Shown here piece by piece: positions 23,660 to 36,100 of a stretch of 64,000 nt of DNA. A program made the translations under genes and the position numbers. Below the pieces are notes generated by a model that had not been told where the DNA came from, did not search any database, and saw nothing but the letters and a program-made list of their open reading frames with translations. Location: the NCBI RefSeq assembly GCF_036321535.1, contig NC_087444.1, positions 27,342,001 through 27,406,000 of the forward strand, given 5' to 3'. Position 1 is the first letter of the stretch. Every line of letters begins with the position of its first letter. This stretch comes from Camelus dromedarius (lineage: Eukaryota).

Positions 23660-23865
23660 GTTGATGAGAAACTTATTACATAGTAGGCTCAGGGCCAAGG
23701 ATTATGCTTGCATTATCTCATTAAATCTTCGTCACAATTTTAGGAGGTAGGTGCTATCAGAATCCTTGTAGATAAGGAGAAGATAAATGAGCTGTCCTTG
23801 TAATTAAAAATAGTGATGGAGTCAAGATTTGAATCTAAACGTTAGACTCCAGAACTCCCACTTGT
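23660..23865 (-). mobile_element. MIR SINE
   Basis: TGCATTATCTCATTAAATCTTCGTCACAATTTTAGGAGGTAGGTGCTATC...GTCAAGATTTGAATCTAAAC. Confidence 0.65.
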
Positions 23866-24399
23866 TAATAATATATCTCCATGCATATTATCACTTTTGT
23901 AGAAAGGGCTGGGCATCGGTTCCCTCCTCTTCCTCTAGCACAGGTAGGCAACCCAGTGACTTGCTGTATCCTGGTGAGGCCCTCGATGGCCTCGGGACAG
24001 GAAAAACCCAGTACGAGCCATACCAGTGTTTTCAGTTGAAAGGTATGGCGAAGAAAACTGGTCAAAGCTGTGAAGAACGTGAGACTCAGATGTTTGATTG
24101 CCCATGTTCTCTGAGGGGAAGAGCTGCTGCTCAAAGCTGATGGGAACCTGCCTCTCTGAGGACCAATCAGACGTCTGGGCTCTCAGCCCAGTTTTTGCCC
24201 CATTCCTCCATGCTGATTCTCCACTGTTCTGTAGGTTAGATGATTGGTGGGGAAGTAGATGACTGAATTCTCTAACTCCTTCCAACTTGATTCCCAGAAA
24301 ATTCACATTTACTGAGTGTCTATAATCTGCCAGGCAGACTGATAGCAACAAGAGTACAGAAAAGATGAGATCCCTATCCTTAAATTAAAAAAAAACGAA

Positions 24400-24557
24400 A
24401 AGCCCTGATTTGTAGCTTCTGCCAGTTTCTGTGGTGTAAATACTGCCACCAAGGCCAATTTCAAGCTACAAATGTGAAGTTACCGAATACGAGGTTGGGG
24501 AGAGTTGCGTACTGGCTCTGGTGAACCAGTACAGTCTGGCTCCAGCCCTCCGCCTGG
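24400..24557 (-). mobile_element. hAT-Blackjack MER63A-like (one end missing)
   Basis: AGCCCTGATTTGTAGC...GTGGTGTAAATACTGCCACCAAGGCCAATTTCAAGCTAC...CTGGCTCCAGCCCTCCGCCTGG. Confidence 0.75.
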
Positions 24558-25744
24558 GTTCTTAAATACCCTCTTTACTACAACACATGCTCCTCCTTTG
24601 CCTAGTTAATGCCCTCTCACCCCTCAGGTCTCCACTCAATTGCCACTTACTCAGAAGTTTCCTCTGGACCCTTGTGCCAGATGGAAAGACTTCTGACAAT
24701 TTGAGAGGACTTTCTAGTTTTTTTCATTATTTCATGAGATAGAAGAAAGCGCCTTCAGAGGGAAATTTTGGCTATGACTACCCATGAGAACCCCCAGGCA
24801 GGATACAGAGACTGGTGTGATGTGAACACAACCTTGAAGCAATCCTTCGAAATGGAACCTTTCTGTCAAAATGGCTCTTGGAGTGAGTCCTGGGTCTCAA
24901 GGAAACTTCTGCAACAAATCAAGTCCAATTTTCCCATATAGCAATTGAAAAGGGGTAGACCAGCTGACACGTGCATCGCATAATACTGAAATCCCCCACC
25001 CTGCGTTTTTAATGCTGAACACTGGGTAATGCTCTCATTCCAAACTATGTGAGGTTCTAACTTCCAGTGGCATTTTAGGTGTCTCAGGGCAGAGTAAAGA
25101 CATTTAGTTGAGGGCTTTGGAACTATTACAGCAGTGCCCTTGTCTAGAGCTGCTGAGCTGATTCGGATAAAATAAGAAATGGCTTGACCCCTTAGCTTCA
25201 AGCAAAATCAGGACAAAATTAAACGTTTAAACTTTAAAGGAGTTCACCCAACTTTTCCCCTATTCATCTTACTTGCCTCTACCTTCCTTCCTGATCACCA
25301 CTCCCGGCCAGCTCTGGGGATGTCCTACTAGGAGTCAGCTCTGCCTGGGGGATTTCTGGCCTCACCCAAAATAGGAAGAACCCGAGGTCTCCTGAGAGCC
25401 TCCTCTCCAGAGATTACCCTTCCGAATCTGCAGTCCCAAGAGAGAGGAACGTTCGCAAGACTTGGTGTCAGTGGCTGAACTTTCGTTCACCTGCTGATCA
25501 AACTCAAGAGCCATCGCCCCTTCAGAGGGTCACCTGTTACCACTTGTCACCGTCGCCCAGGAAATCGATTTTTTTCTCCTAATCTGCTCTGACAACAAAG
25601 AGCTTTCTGGTGCCTCCTCTTGCGTCTAGGTGGCCTTTATCCAAAAGGCCTAACCAGGGATGCTTTTATTGAGTTCCTCTTGTACAAGCAGAGTAAGGAG
25701 TGGTCGTCATCGCCTTCACCTTCACTATCATTGCTGCTGTTCGC

Positions 25745-25950
25745 AGAGTGCCCACACTGAGCCCCAAGTCACGCCGAGCATTTTACATGCAGCTTCCCAC
25801 CTAATCCTCACAAAGACCCTACTCAGTTATGGTCCCCGCTTTCCAGTTGAAGATTCTGGGACTCAGAGAGGAGGAAAATTGCCTAGGATCACAAAGCTAG
25901 TCAGTGGCGGAAGAGAGACTAAAATCCGGGTCTGATGACAAGCCCAGTGT
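25745..25950 (-). mobile_element. MIR SINE
   Basis: GAGCATTTTACATGCAGCTTCCCACCTAATCCTCACAAAG...GGACTCAGAGAGG...GCCTAGGATCACAAAGCTAGTCAGTGGC. Confidence 0.7.
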
Positions 25951-27639
25951 CCCGTCTCACAGAAATGGATGGGATTTCATTTAGGAAAAAATAACTTTGT
26001 GAAAACAGATCACTTAGAGGCTGTATTTCCTTGCGGTCACAAAATCATCTCAAGGAACCTTGCTGACTATTCTCTTGCTCCAGCAGACGGACAGAAGCTG
26101 TGGGCACATCAGACTCTGAAGGCCTCCAGCCCAGGCCGCATCGGAGTCCACAGCAGATGTGGATTTAACCTGGGGCCACGTTCCTTGGCCCCTTCCCTCC
26201 CAAAGGACATAATTGGCTTCTCCTCCTGTTTCTCCAGAAAGAGCCAAGCCAGGTGATAGGGTACATATAAATAGTGAAAAAAATGTTTTTAATAATTTTA
26301 TTCCCACTGCACATATACATGCCTCATTCAACAACAGAAGATAGTTGGATCTTTCATGACTAATTTCAGCAGTTTTTACTTTTCCACACGTAATAGCTTT
26401 GTCCCCACTGCCTTCTGGTTTCCATCACCCTGCCGGAGGGGGCAGGCACTCCCCATATAGCACAGAGGCCACGAAGGTGGACTTCCCTAAACACAGTTTG
26501 AATGACAGATGCTGCCTCAAGGCTGCCATTGCTGTTTGTCCTGGATAAACAGTGCTCAAGGTGTTGAGTGGATTTTGCATTTAGCATTCTATGGTACAAA
26601 CAGTTCCATTGTAGGTGAGGGCAGTGGGCTTGCTGAAATCTCCTGGGGGCTCTGAGGAAGAGGGGAAGGCGGCTAGGACAGGGTCTGGCCCAGGAAGGGG
26701 CTGGATGTCCTTACACTTGGCCTGAGAAGTTTCAGCCAAGCAGATCAGAATGCTCGGTCCAAATAATGGGACAAATCTTGGGTGAGTCTGGCCCAGGAAT
26801 TCGAATCTGGAGGGTGTTACGTGGATTCCCAAGTCAGATTGGATGCATGTTTACATCAGGTGATCGAACTATATCAAAAATATTACACTTCAATAAAAAT
26901 AAATAATAAATAAGAGCATAGTAAAGAGACTGGAGGGAAATTACAACTAGAGAGCATCTCCTCTGTGCTTTGCTTTTTACGTTATCTTGCTTTAGTCTGC
27001 TGTGGGGCTGAGGCATCAGGTAGATCTGGGTTGTTTTTCTGCTCCACCCTGAGCCTGTCACTTCAGCTAGGAGAATGGAGTGAGACGATGGGCAGGCTGG
27101 CTTACTTGCTCACTTCTTCCTTTTATGGGAGTTATGGCTCAGTCCCATTCACTAAATCCCGGAGAATGTGTTCCCTGCAGGAGGGAAGTGTGCGCACACC
27201 AGAAGCAAAGAGAATGGATGTGGAGCAGCTGAAAGCAACAGGTGTCCAGTTCAATGATGGAGCCTCAAGCCATCTCTGCCGTTGTCCATGGGTAGTTATC
27301 TCTGCACCACAGGCAGGATGGGTCTCTTGGGGGAGAAGGCATCAGGAGCTCCAGCTTCAAAGAACTAGGGAAGACTGAGATGAACCACACAGCGGGACAT
27401 TTTAATCTAATTAAAGACTAATCTCCTGGTTCTTAAGGGAGAACTGCAAGGTGATTCTTTTCCTCAAACTGAGTGGTTCACCTGCACAGAGAACACAGAC
27501 TGCCAGGTATGAACAGGGCTGAAGCAAGGTGGAGCATGGAAAGAGCCTTTCTAGTCCCGAGAAGAATAGGATGGTCATTCTTACCGTCCCAGGTGTGTTG
27601 ACAGAGAAGGAAGGTGCAGCCTGTCTCATCCCAACACCC

Positions 27640-28000
27640 CGAGAGCCCCCAGGGAGGGCTGGGTCACCTTGAGCAGCTGGGGGTGAGGGGACTCCATCAG
27701 GTGCACTGCCAGTGGCACAGACAATCACTGCGAGGGCCATGAGAGCCTGCCCAGCAGCCCCCGACCCCAGGGAGAGAGATGGACCAACATCCCGTGCTGT
27801 GCTCGGAATCTCTCCAGGTGTGTGTGCCAATGCCACTCTTCCCACGGGCGCCTCCCAGCCAGTGACTGAGCGTGGCCGGCACAGTCCCAAGGCACGAGAT
27901 TCTTCAGACTGGTGACTCTGCCTTGACCCCGATGACTCTGCGGAACTTTTCTCAGACTGTGAAGTGGTCTAGGACCCTTGTTTTGCACATGTTGTTTCTC
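27640..28000 (+). mobile_element. ERVL LTR16-family-like solo LTR fragment, cut on the right by MLT1D
   Basis: CCTCCCAGCCAGTGACTGAGCGTGG...GGTGACTCTGCC...GGAACTTTTTCTCAGACTG resembles a recalled ERVL LTR. Subfamily and left boundary are uncertain. Confidence 0.45.
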
Positions 28001-28032
28001 TAATGAATTCCCACTAAACTCCTATATATCTC

Positions 28033-28510
28033 TATATTCATTTCCTATTGTTGCAATGACAAATTGCCACAAATTTCGTGGCTTAAAACAAATTAACTTA
28101 TTCTTTTCCACTTCCGAGGTTAGGAGCCCAAAATGGGTTTCACTGGGCTAAAACCAAGGTGCTTAGGGCTGCCTTCCTTCTGGAGGCTCTAGGGGAGAAT
28201 CTGTTTCCTTTTCCTTTTCCGTTTTCTAGAAGCCGCTTGCATCCTTTGGCTCGTGGCCACTTCTTCCATCTTCAAAGCCAACCCTGTAGCATCTTCAGAT
28301 CTCTCTTTCTGACTCTGACATTTCTGCCTTTTTCTTACAAGGACCCTTTTGATCCTACTGGACCCATCTGGACAATCCAGAATAATCTCCCCATCTCAGT
28401 ATCCTTAATCACATCTGCAAAGTCCCTGGTGCCAGGGAGAGTAAACGTACTCACGGGTGTGAGGGATTAGGAGGCGGGTATCTTTGGGGGCAATTCTTCC
28501 ACCTGCCATA
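28033..28510 (-). mobile_element. MaLR solo LTR MLT1D
   Basis: TATATTCATTTCCTATTGTTGCAATGACAAATTGCCACAAATTTCGTGGCTTAAAAC...CTGGAGGCTCTAGGGGAGAATC...ACATCTGCAAAGTCCC. Confidence 0.88.
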
Positions 28511-28679
28511 ACCTACTGATGCCTTATTCAGGAATCAGCTGTTCTGTGAAGACTTCTCCTGTTTCTGAGTCAAAAGCAACTAAAAGGAACTACTCATTCC
28601 TATGAAACACATAATTTTAATTTTATTGTATAATGTTGTACTATTTAATACATCACCGAGCACTGCCCTTATTTTCTTA

Positions 28680-28810
28680 TTTCTGTCCCTCAAACTCGAT
28701 GGTGAGATCCTGGTGGTATAGGGTCATATCTTGTTATCTCTGTAGCCCCCAAACTGAGCAGAGTCTGCCTCAGTTTAGGTTTCAGTAAATATTCACTTGA
28801 ACTGAAGCTA
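28680..28810 (+). mobile_element. L2 LINE 3' end
   Basis: CTCTGTAGCCCCCAAACTGAGCAGAGTCTGCCTCAGTTTAGGTTTCAGTAAATATTCACTTGAACTGAA. Confidence 0.6.
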
Positions 28811-30454
28811 TGCGTTTTGATGGGGGCAACCCATTACAACATCATTTGTGGAGTGTCCAGCAGTCAAGACTAACTAGACTGAGGGTCCTTAAGCAGGTAG
28901 AAATTTGGGAAGATACCACAGTCCAGTCTAATTTCAAATGTTGGGTGGAAGCACCACGGCAAGAGAGTGGGATCCAATGTAGTGACTTGTTGAAACATAA
29001 AATTCAAGTAGGAGCAGAGCCTAAAGATGAGGCCGAAGGGAAGAAATGCAAACCCATGCCAGACTCTTCTACACCTGACTAAGGGGTCGGGGCTTTGTTC
29101 TGTAGGAGGTAGGGGGCCAGCATGGAGTTCTCAGTTGAATAATGCGATGGGACTGACGTCTCCTGGGGCTGGAGTGTGGAGGGTGAGGAAGAAGGCAGAC
29201 CGAAGGCAGGGAGGCTAGAATGGTTCCAGGGAGGAACACTCACGTTCTGAGTCAGGGCAGTGAGAAACAAGACGGAGACTCAGATCTCCCTGTTAAACGC
29301 CACGTTTAATGAGGGAGTGACTATGGCAATTCTTGCTCATTGTTCGTCACAGGCCCTACAAAGTTCCATTGGACATTCAGTGAACAGGTATCCACTGAAT
29401 AAGTGACAGAAGTGACTCTAGAGATGTTAAAAAAAATAGGATTGATGGAACTGGGTGATTGGGGCAGTGCAAATAAATATATTACACGTGGTTGGAGAGC
29501 ATTGGGCCAGAGCATGCTGTGAGGTTAGTTTTAACTGGCTATCCTTTGGCTGTCAGATGACTGACTTGGAGGGTGTGTATATGTATGTGTGTTGGGGTGG
29601 GCCTGGGGGCAGGTTGCAGCCCCCTCCCTCGTGGTTTCCATACACTAGATTGTCTGTGCTCCCTGCCCTTTGACCTTAGAGGCACCTCTCTCCTGGCCGC
29701 TCCCTGCCCCTGCACATCTCTCTGGGATAATTCTCAGCTACTCAGGTTTCTAGTCCTAGTGTACCCCAAAGGGCATCCAGCATAGCATTCCTTCTCCAGC
29801 CCACTCAGGGATTCTTAAATGTTGCCTTATTTCCACGCTCCCAGCATTTGCCAGCAAATTCATTTGGACTCATTTTTAATAAGCTCCTGGGCGCTTGGCT
29901 CAGACCTTAAATATTTCACTTGATTTGTGTTTGGTGGGGTGGGGCGTGGAAACCACAAACAAACAAACAAAAATGATGGCCCTATATAAAATGACAAATG
30001 TTTACTGGACTTTTCAAAATGCACCCAATACTTTTAAAGGCCTCTGGGAAAATATTAAATTAAAAACTGTCTGTGCATTAAACAACCTGTGAAATCAACT
30101 GCTCTTGGTACATAAAGCTCGATTTCCCCCATTGGTGTGTATGGGTTTAGACCATTTGGCCACCACTGTCTTTATAAACAGAAAGTGGTGATGAAACTTT
30201 ACCTACATTTCAGTGATTCTTCCTTGTGGACCAATTAAAAAAAATACACTCCCACCTACAACATTCTTTCTTCCCTCTTGCTTCAGCGTGTGATTTGTCT
30301 CACTGTAGTTCAACAGATTTACAGAAATTGATCTATGAGATTTTTAAATCTATAATTTTTCCCACAGTTGGGAGAATATGAATAACATAATTGACCAAAT
30401 ACAATTCTCATCTCTAAGGCTCACCCCTGATATGTCAATATTTCAGAAAGGAAA

Positions 30455-30660
30455 GAAAGTAACATTTATTGAGTACCTACTATGTGCCAGGTATTGAGCT
30501 AAGTGTCTTTTTGATCCATTTTCATTTTATCTGCCTCTTTCCTGTAGTAAAAAAAATGTACATATATCTCTATCTGATAGATCAGAGCAAGGCAGCTCGG
30601 GAAAGCTAAGTGCTCTGTGCAGGGTTACACAAGACGTGGGAAAAGCAGGATTCAAGAATT
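30455..30660 (-). mobile_element. MIR SINE
   Basis: AACATTTATTGAGTACCTACTATGTGCCAGGTATTGAGCTAAGTG...GCAGGATTCAAGAA. Confidence 0.65.
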
Positions 30661-30960
30661 CAAGCAGATGTCTGTTACCTGCAGAAGGAATAATGGTCAG
30701 GAATAAACGCAGTGACAGTCATCAGACATCTCACCAGTAACTGTCCTTCTCTCTCCTGGTTTGCAGAGCATCAGCTCAGTCACTGCACATGCTGGTTAAA
30801 TGGATTCAGAGGTGCATTTGAAGCACGTGCAGGAGAGGGGCTTTCTCTTCAGCAGGCCACACTTTCAGTTATTATTATCCTTCAGGAATTATTGTCTTGT
30901 TGCTGAATTTAATGGGGATGCTTTGGTGTAAGGGTGATGTTGGCTTATGACTTAAGATGG

Positions 30961-31409
30961 TGCGTCAGCGTCCTCGGGGCTGCCCCAACAAAGTAGCACA
31001 GGCTGGGTGGCTTACAGCAGCAGAAGTGTATTCTGTCACAGTTCTGGAGGCCGGAAGTTCCAAATCATGGGGTTGGCAGGGTTGATTCCTTCTGGGGACT
31101 CTGAGAGCGAACCTGTCCCATGTCTCTCTCCAACTTCTGCTGCTTGCAAGCACTCTTTGGGGTGGGGTTCTTTGTCCTGTGGACACATCACTCCAATCTC
31201 TGCCTCCATCTTCACATCACCTCTTCTCTGCGTCTCTGTGTGTCCATTCATGTCTCTTACTGGATTCAGGGCCCACCTTAATCCAGTACGATCGCATCTC
31301 TATCCTTACCTCAGTCACGTCTGCAAAGACCCTTTTTCCAAAAAAAGGTCGCATTCTGATGTTCTGGGTGGACGTGAACTTTTTGGAGGATGCTATTCAA
31401 CCCATTACA
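30961..31409 (-). mobile_element. MaLR solo LTR MLT1B/C
   Basis: GGGGCTGCCCCAACAAAGTAGCACAGGCTGGGTGGCTTAC...CACAGTTCTGGAGGCCGGAAGTTCC...CTGCAAAGACCCTTTTTCC...CTATTCAACCCATTACA. Confidence 0.88.
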
Positions 31410-31439
31410 GATGGATATTGTTCTGGTATTTAGAAAGAT

Positions 31440-33120
31440 TTCAGATAACATGCTGTCAGTATTTGATGCTTAATTTTATTACATATCTTTTTGGCTTTCT
31501 TTGAAATAGAAAAATCATCTTTGATGGATCAAAGGGGATCAATCTATTAATAGACTTTGTAATATTAAATGATACTTTTATGATGGTATCAGGCTCTTCT
31601 TAGTGTGTGGTGTTATTGAAATACATTGTTGGATTCAATTTGATACTGTAGTATTTAGAATTTTTACATTTATATTCCAATAGGAGGGAGGATTGCAGTT
31701 TGTGGTTTGAAGTATTTCAACTCAGTTACAGAGTCATTCTAACTTAAAACAAACTGTGAATTGTCTGTCTTTTTAATATGGTCTGGATACAATTACATGT
31801 TGTGAAAATTAGTTAATTTTTGAAATTATTGCCTATTAGTTCTTCTGGACCCAGGGCCTTTTTACATAAGTGATGGTATGAAACTTTAAAAAAGAATTTC
31901 TATTCAAATAGTTATTGATCGAGGCAAATGGATCCATTTTGATAGCCTCCTAGAAACTGTTCTAACATTTCACTGTGATTTTTAAAATTAACTAGTTGAA
32001 TGTCGTATAGAAACTCTGCCCTGCTTCTTGTACAGACATTGTTCTTTTGTGTTTCTTTCTTTCTTCCCCATTACTTGACTTCTCAGAGTCCATTTTATTT
32101 TCTGCCCTCCCGCACCAAAGTATCAAGTCTTAGACATTTCGATTAGTTGTGTGCTTTTTCTGTTTCTTAATTTACTAAGGAGATATCACTTACATTTTTC
32201 CCTTTATTTTTCAATTTAAGTAAAAAAGATAACATACGTATGTATATATGCACACACATTTATGACCTATAACATTCTATACATACATATAACATTTTAA
32301 GTTTAAAAAGATGTTTCATATACCTAGTATTTAAACATGTCTCACATATATATTTATAAATGTATAAAACATTTAATCTGTGAATCTGCTTCTGACTACA
32401 CTAAACGTGTGACATTTAACACATCTCATGTGGATTTATTTGCCGTGTATTGGCATTTTATATATTATATAATCCTCATGTACTTATAAGTGGAGGTGCG
32501 AATTTTAATTTTGATCTTCTCTGACCTATGAGTTATTTAAAGGTGTGCTTACTCAAAATAATTGCAATTTTTGCTTTAATCTTTTATACTACATTTCTAA
32601 TCATATTACTTTCTGATTGAATCATGGTGCTTGGCGGCCTTGTGCTTTGGGAACTTTATTTAGCTGATCAATTTGTGTAGATATGCTAAAGACATTTAAA
32701 ACAGTCTTCTCTCTAAGGCACACAATTATTATACATCTTTTACATGACTCTTACATGTTAATTAAAATGTTCTATATCCTACTTAAATTTTCATCTCCCT
32801 AATCTTTCCAAGAGTGTTAATTTATGTTGTTGTAGTTAGTTAGCTCTTTGGTGAGGTATGAAATTGGTTAGTGTCTCCACTGGGCTGTTGGTCTGTTTCC
32901 AAGAAGGATTTATGGCTGTAGACAGTGCCATTGGTGGTGGCTTCCTATCCCCTACATTTTTGTCAATATCTACTTACATTTCTAATTATCTTGATTTTAT
33001 TTTAAGTCTATTATTTTGCCCAGAAAGCTGCATACCTGTTATATTAAATTTAGATAATTCAGTTGTCTATGCAAAACGAGACTAAGGCTGGTACACTTCA
33101 CTGAATTTTATTTTTAATTC
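31440..33120 (-). mobile_element. Old L1M internal (ORF2-region) fragments, highly decayed, with an AT-rich low-complexity insert near 32220-32420
   Basis: AT-rich antisense L1-like blocks such as TTGTTGGATTCAATTTGATACTGTAGTATTTAGAATTTTTACATTTATATTC and GATTGAATCATGGTGCTTG. Confidence 0.55.
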
Positions 33121-36100
33121 TATCTTGTCTACCAGACATTAATTTCTACCCCCTATTCCCTCCTGATACTCACCTGCATCCCCTCTTGGAGGTGGATGAG
33201 AGACACCTTCCGCTAACATTTCCTCATGATTTTTCAGTCTTCGTGTGTGTGTGTGCGTGTGCGTGAGTGTTATATGCAGGGATATATCAGGCCTTACAAA
33301 TAAGTGGAAGATGGGGGTAAAAATTAACGTCAGGTAGATAAAGTAGAATTTAAAATAAAATGCATTAGAGTGTGCCGGCAACAGACTCGTTTTGAATAGA
33401 CAAACAATGGTCTGAATTCGATATAATAGGGTTGCAGCTCTACAGGCAAAATAATAGACTTAAAATGTATAGAATCAAAATAATTGGAAACAGAAGTAGA
33501 AATTGACAAAAATGTGGGAGATATGAACCCTCATGCCCAGTGTTTGAAAATTCTTAAGAGAGGAAAGAAATGGGGACAAGACAAAACTCAGCAGTCGTTT
33601 TCATGTTTTACAAGCTAGGCTGTTCATTTCCTGCAGCACTCTTTCTGGAGCAGCTGTCAGTGAGACGGGGGGCGAGGTCCTGATTTTGTGGCCCTGCACT
33701 CTGCTCCAGTGCTTTGGGGTGTGCACAGCCAAAATGAAAATAACTGTCAAGCATTTAATGCTTTGGTAACATCGGTGTGCAGGATGATTCTGGTGGCCAG
33801 AGATGCTTTCTTTGGAATCCACTGTGCTTTGGAAGACATTTTTGGAAGAAATAAATAATAGGTCATGGCCACGTCACCACTCATTATTCATCCATTAAAA
33901 TTTTATTGAGCAGCTAATATGGCTGTATGAGGCATCCAGGCCTGAAAAGAGCAAGGTAAGTAAAACAAGGACCATACCCTCCCTCATGGGATGGAAAGGC
34001 TGTCCCTCTGGAAGATGAAACAAATAAAGCGATGGCTGTAGATCACCTGTTTCCAAGAGTCACAGTCTCAGTGGGGAGCGGGTTTAGCGATGGGTTCCTA
34101 CGATTCCCTCTCATCTTGGAGAAGACAGTAGGGGGGAGATGATTTTTGCGATGAGGAACTGCTGGCGAGAAAAGTGATGTGACAGAAAGTGTCATAGCCT
34201 TGGGCTAAGTGAAAAATCAGCAATTAGCTAGAGAGAGATGTACCCCACCCCCCCCCAAAAAAACCTGAAGATGGAAAAAAATTCCTTTGTTTTTATATAT
34301 ATGCTAAGGAAAGGGGATATGTGGGGAGTGATCTCTTTTGTCCTGGGTGCAGATAAGTCTACAGTCCATCGACAGGTCCTGTCAGACGTACTGGAGAGCA
34401 CTGGGAAAGTCCTGAGGTTACATTTTCCTTTTTGATGAATGCTGCAAATTGCTAATTTGGACTCACGTTCTTTTTCTGCAACATAGCTTTCTCTGACCTC
34501 GAAGTTGCTACGGTGTAGGCAGCTGAGTGTCTTAATGTTTGAGAATTGCCAAGTCTGCTTCTCCTTCTGTAACTCTCGGGTGGATTGGTCCGTAGGGTTA
34601 AATGGCTCATTGCAATTCAGCAAAGTGGCTTTTATGTGCAATTAATGTTTGTTAATTTGGTTAAATGTCAAAGCATACATTCTTTCGGGGTGGGAAAAAG
34701 TTCCTGCAATACAAACTCCAGCCCCAAAACCCTTTAAATATCGAGGAGTGAGATGTTACCCTCAAACAAACACAGTGGCAATCATATTCAGCATCTGCCT
34801 GAAACTGAATGGATGATAACTCAGCTAAATGTCCCTTTTGGGAGAAGAGACAGTGATATGTCAACACATCTGAGTTTAGAACCAAAATTACGGGGATAGT
34901 TGGGACAACCCACTGGAAAAATATTGCCTTTACTACCTGGCCTCCAAAGAAGAAAGAAGGGGTTTTAGCCCACTTGCTGGAATTCTCTATCTTTTTGTTC
35001 CCCTAATATTTTAACATTTTCCCCTTACATTTGTGTCTTGTGTGTTCTGGGCACTTTCTGTTCATCTATGTGTATCTGTTGGTCTGGGAGCTAAAAGGTT
35101 CGGATACAGTTGCTGGATCCCCTTAATAATAACCTTTTTTATTTAATAAAGTCTACCATGCATTTATGTAAAAGATACATAGTGAAAATACACACAGTAA
35201 ACATAAAAATAGGTTAAAGCACTTGATTCTTCAGCCCTGACACATATCTGCTACTAAAGTAGAGAAATGATTGTCTTTTCCAAGTTCCCAGGGAAAAAAT
35301 AGATTTAAGGGTCTCAGTCTTAGAATTTCTCTTATACTTTTCTTTTTCCTCCTAAGAATTGGATCCTTGCTATATAGCTCTGTGCTGATTAAATTGTGCT
35401 GCATACATGTGTGGGTGGAATAGAGGTGTGACTTGTGGATGTCCTAGATATTTTTAATTCCTTGTCTTGTCCTCTTTTTAAAAATCATTCTCTTTGCACT
35501 ACGTGTCTCTCTGTATCTCCATGGTGTAGCGCAGGGATTAAATTCTGTCTGCCCCACCCACTGCCCTCTCACCCTGCTGGATGCGGGGGGTGAGGCCAAT
35601 TCCTTCTAAGCCTCAGCAATATACTCTCTCTTCCTTTTGATATATGAATTGCCTTACACTCTTCACGCCTTTCTTCCCTATAACCTCAGAAAGGAAGACC
35701 CCCCAGGGCCAAGATGTGGGGTCTATGGAGACCTGCTTTAGTTTGCTCCTTAGGTCAGAGGGACAGAAGTCATCCTGGTGGCTCTTCTGTATCAGGCAGG
35801 GCCAACAAAAGCCACCTGATCATAAAGAACAAATATTTTCTTGGTATGTCTTTTCTTTAGATCATTTTCAGAAATTCATGACAGTGGCTCATCCATGACT
35901 CTTGGTAGGGCCAGCTACACAGGTGTGACCTGGGCAGTTGCACTGGTCCCCATACTCAGAAGGTCCCCGATCTTGGTTTAATGCTCTACTGGTTCCATCT
36001 TAGAAGTTCTTAATAATCTTTGAACTAGAGGTCTTCTGTTTTGATTTTGCAGTGTGACCCACAAATAACGATTCTCTGTACAGGGTTCTGACCGTTCCTC

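Noticed and set aside
27411-27988. GC/CpG-rich patch with a 159-aa ORF and a donor at 27585
   Set aside because: Largely explained by an ERVL LTR16-like fragment. The ORF starts at TTG and has no recognisable homology.
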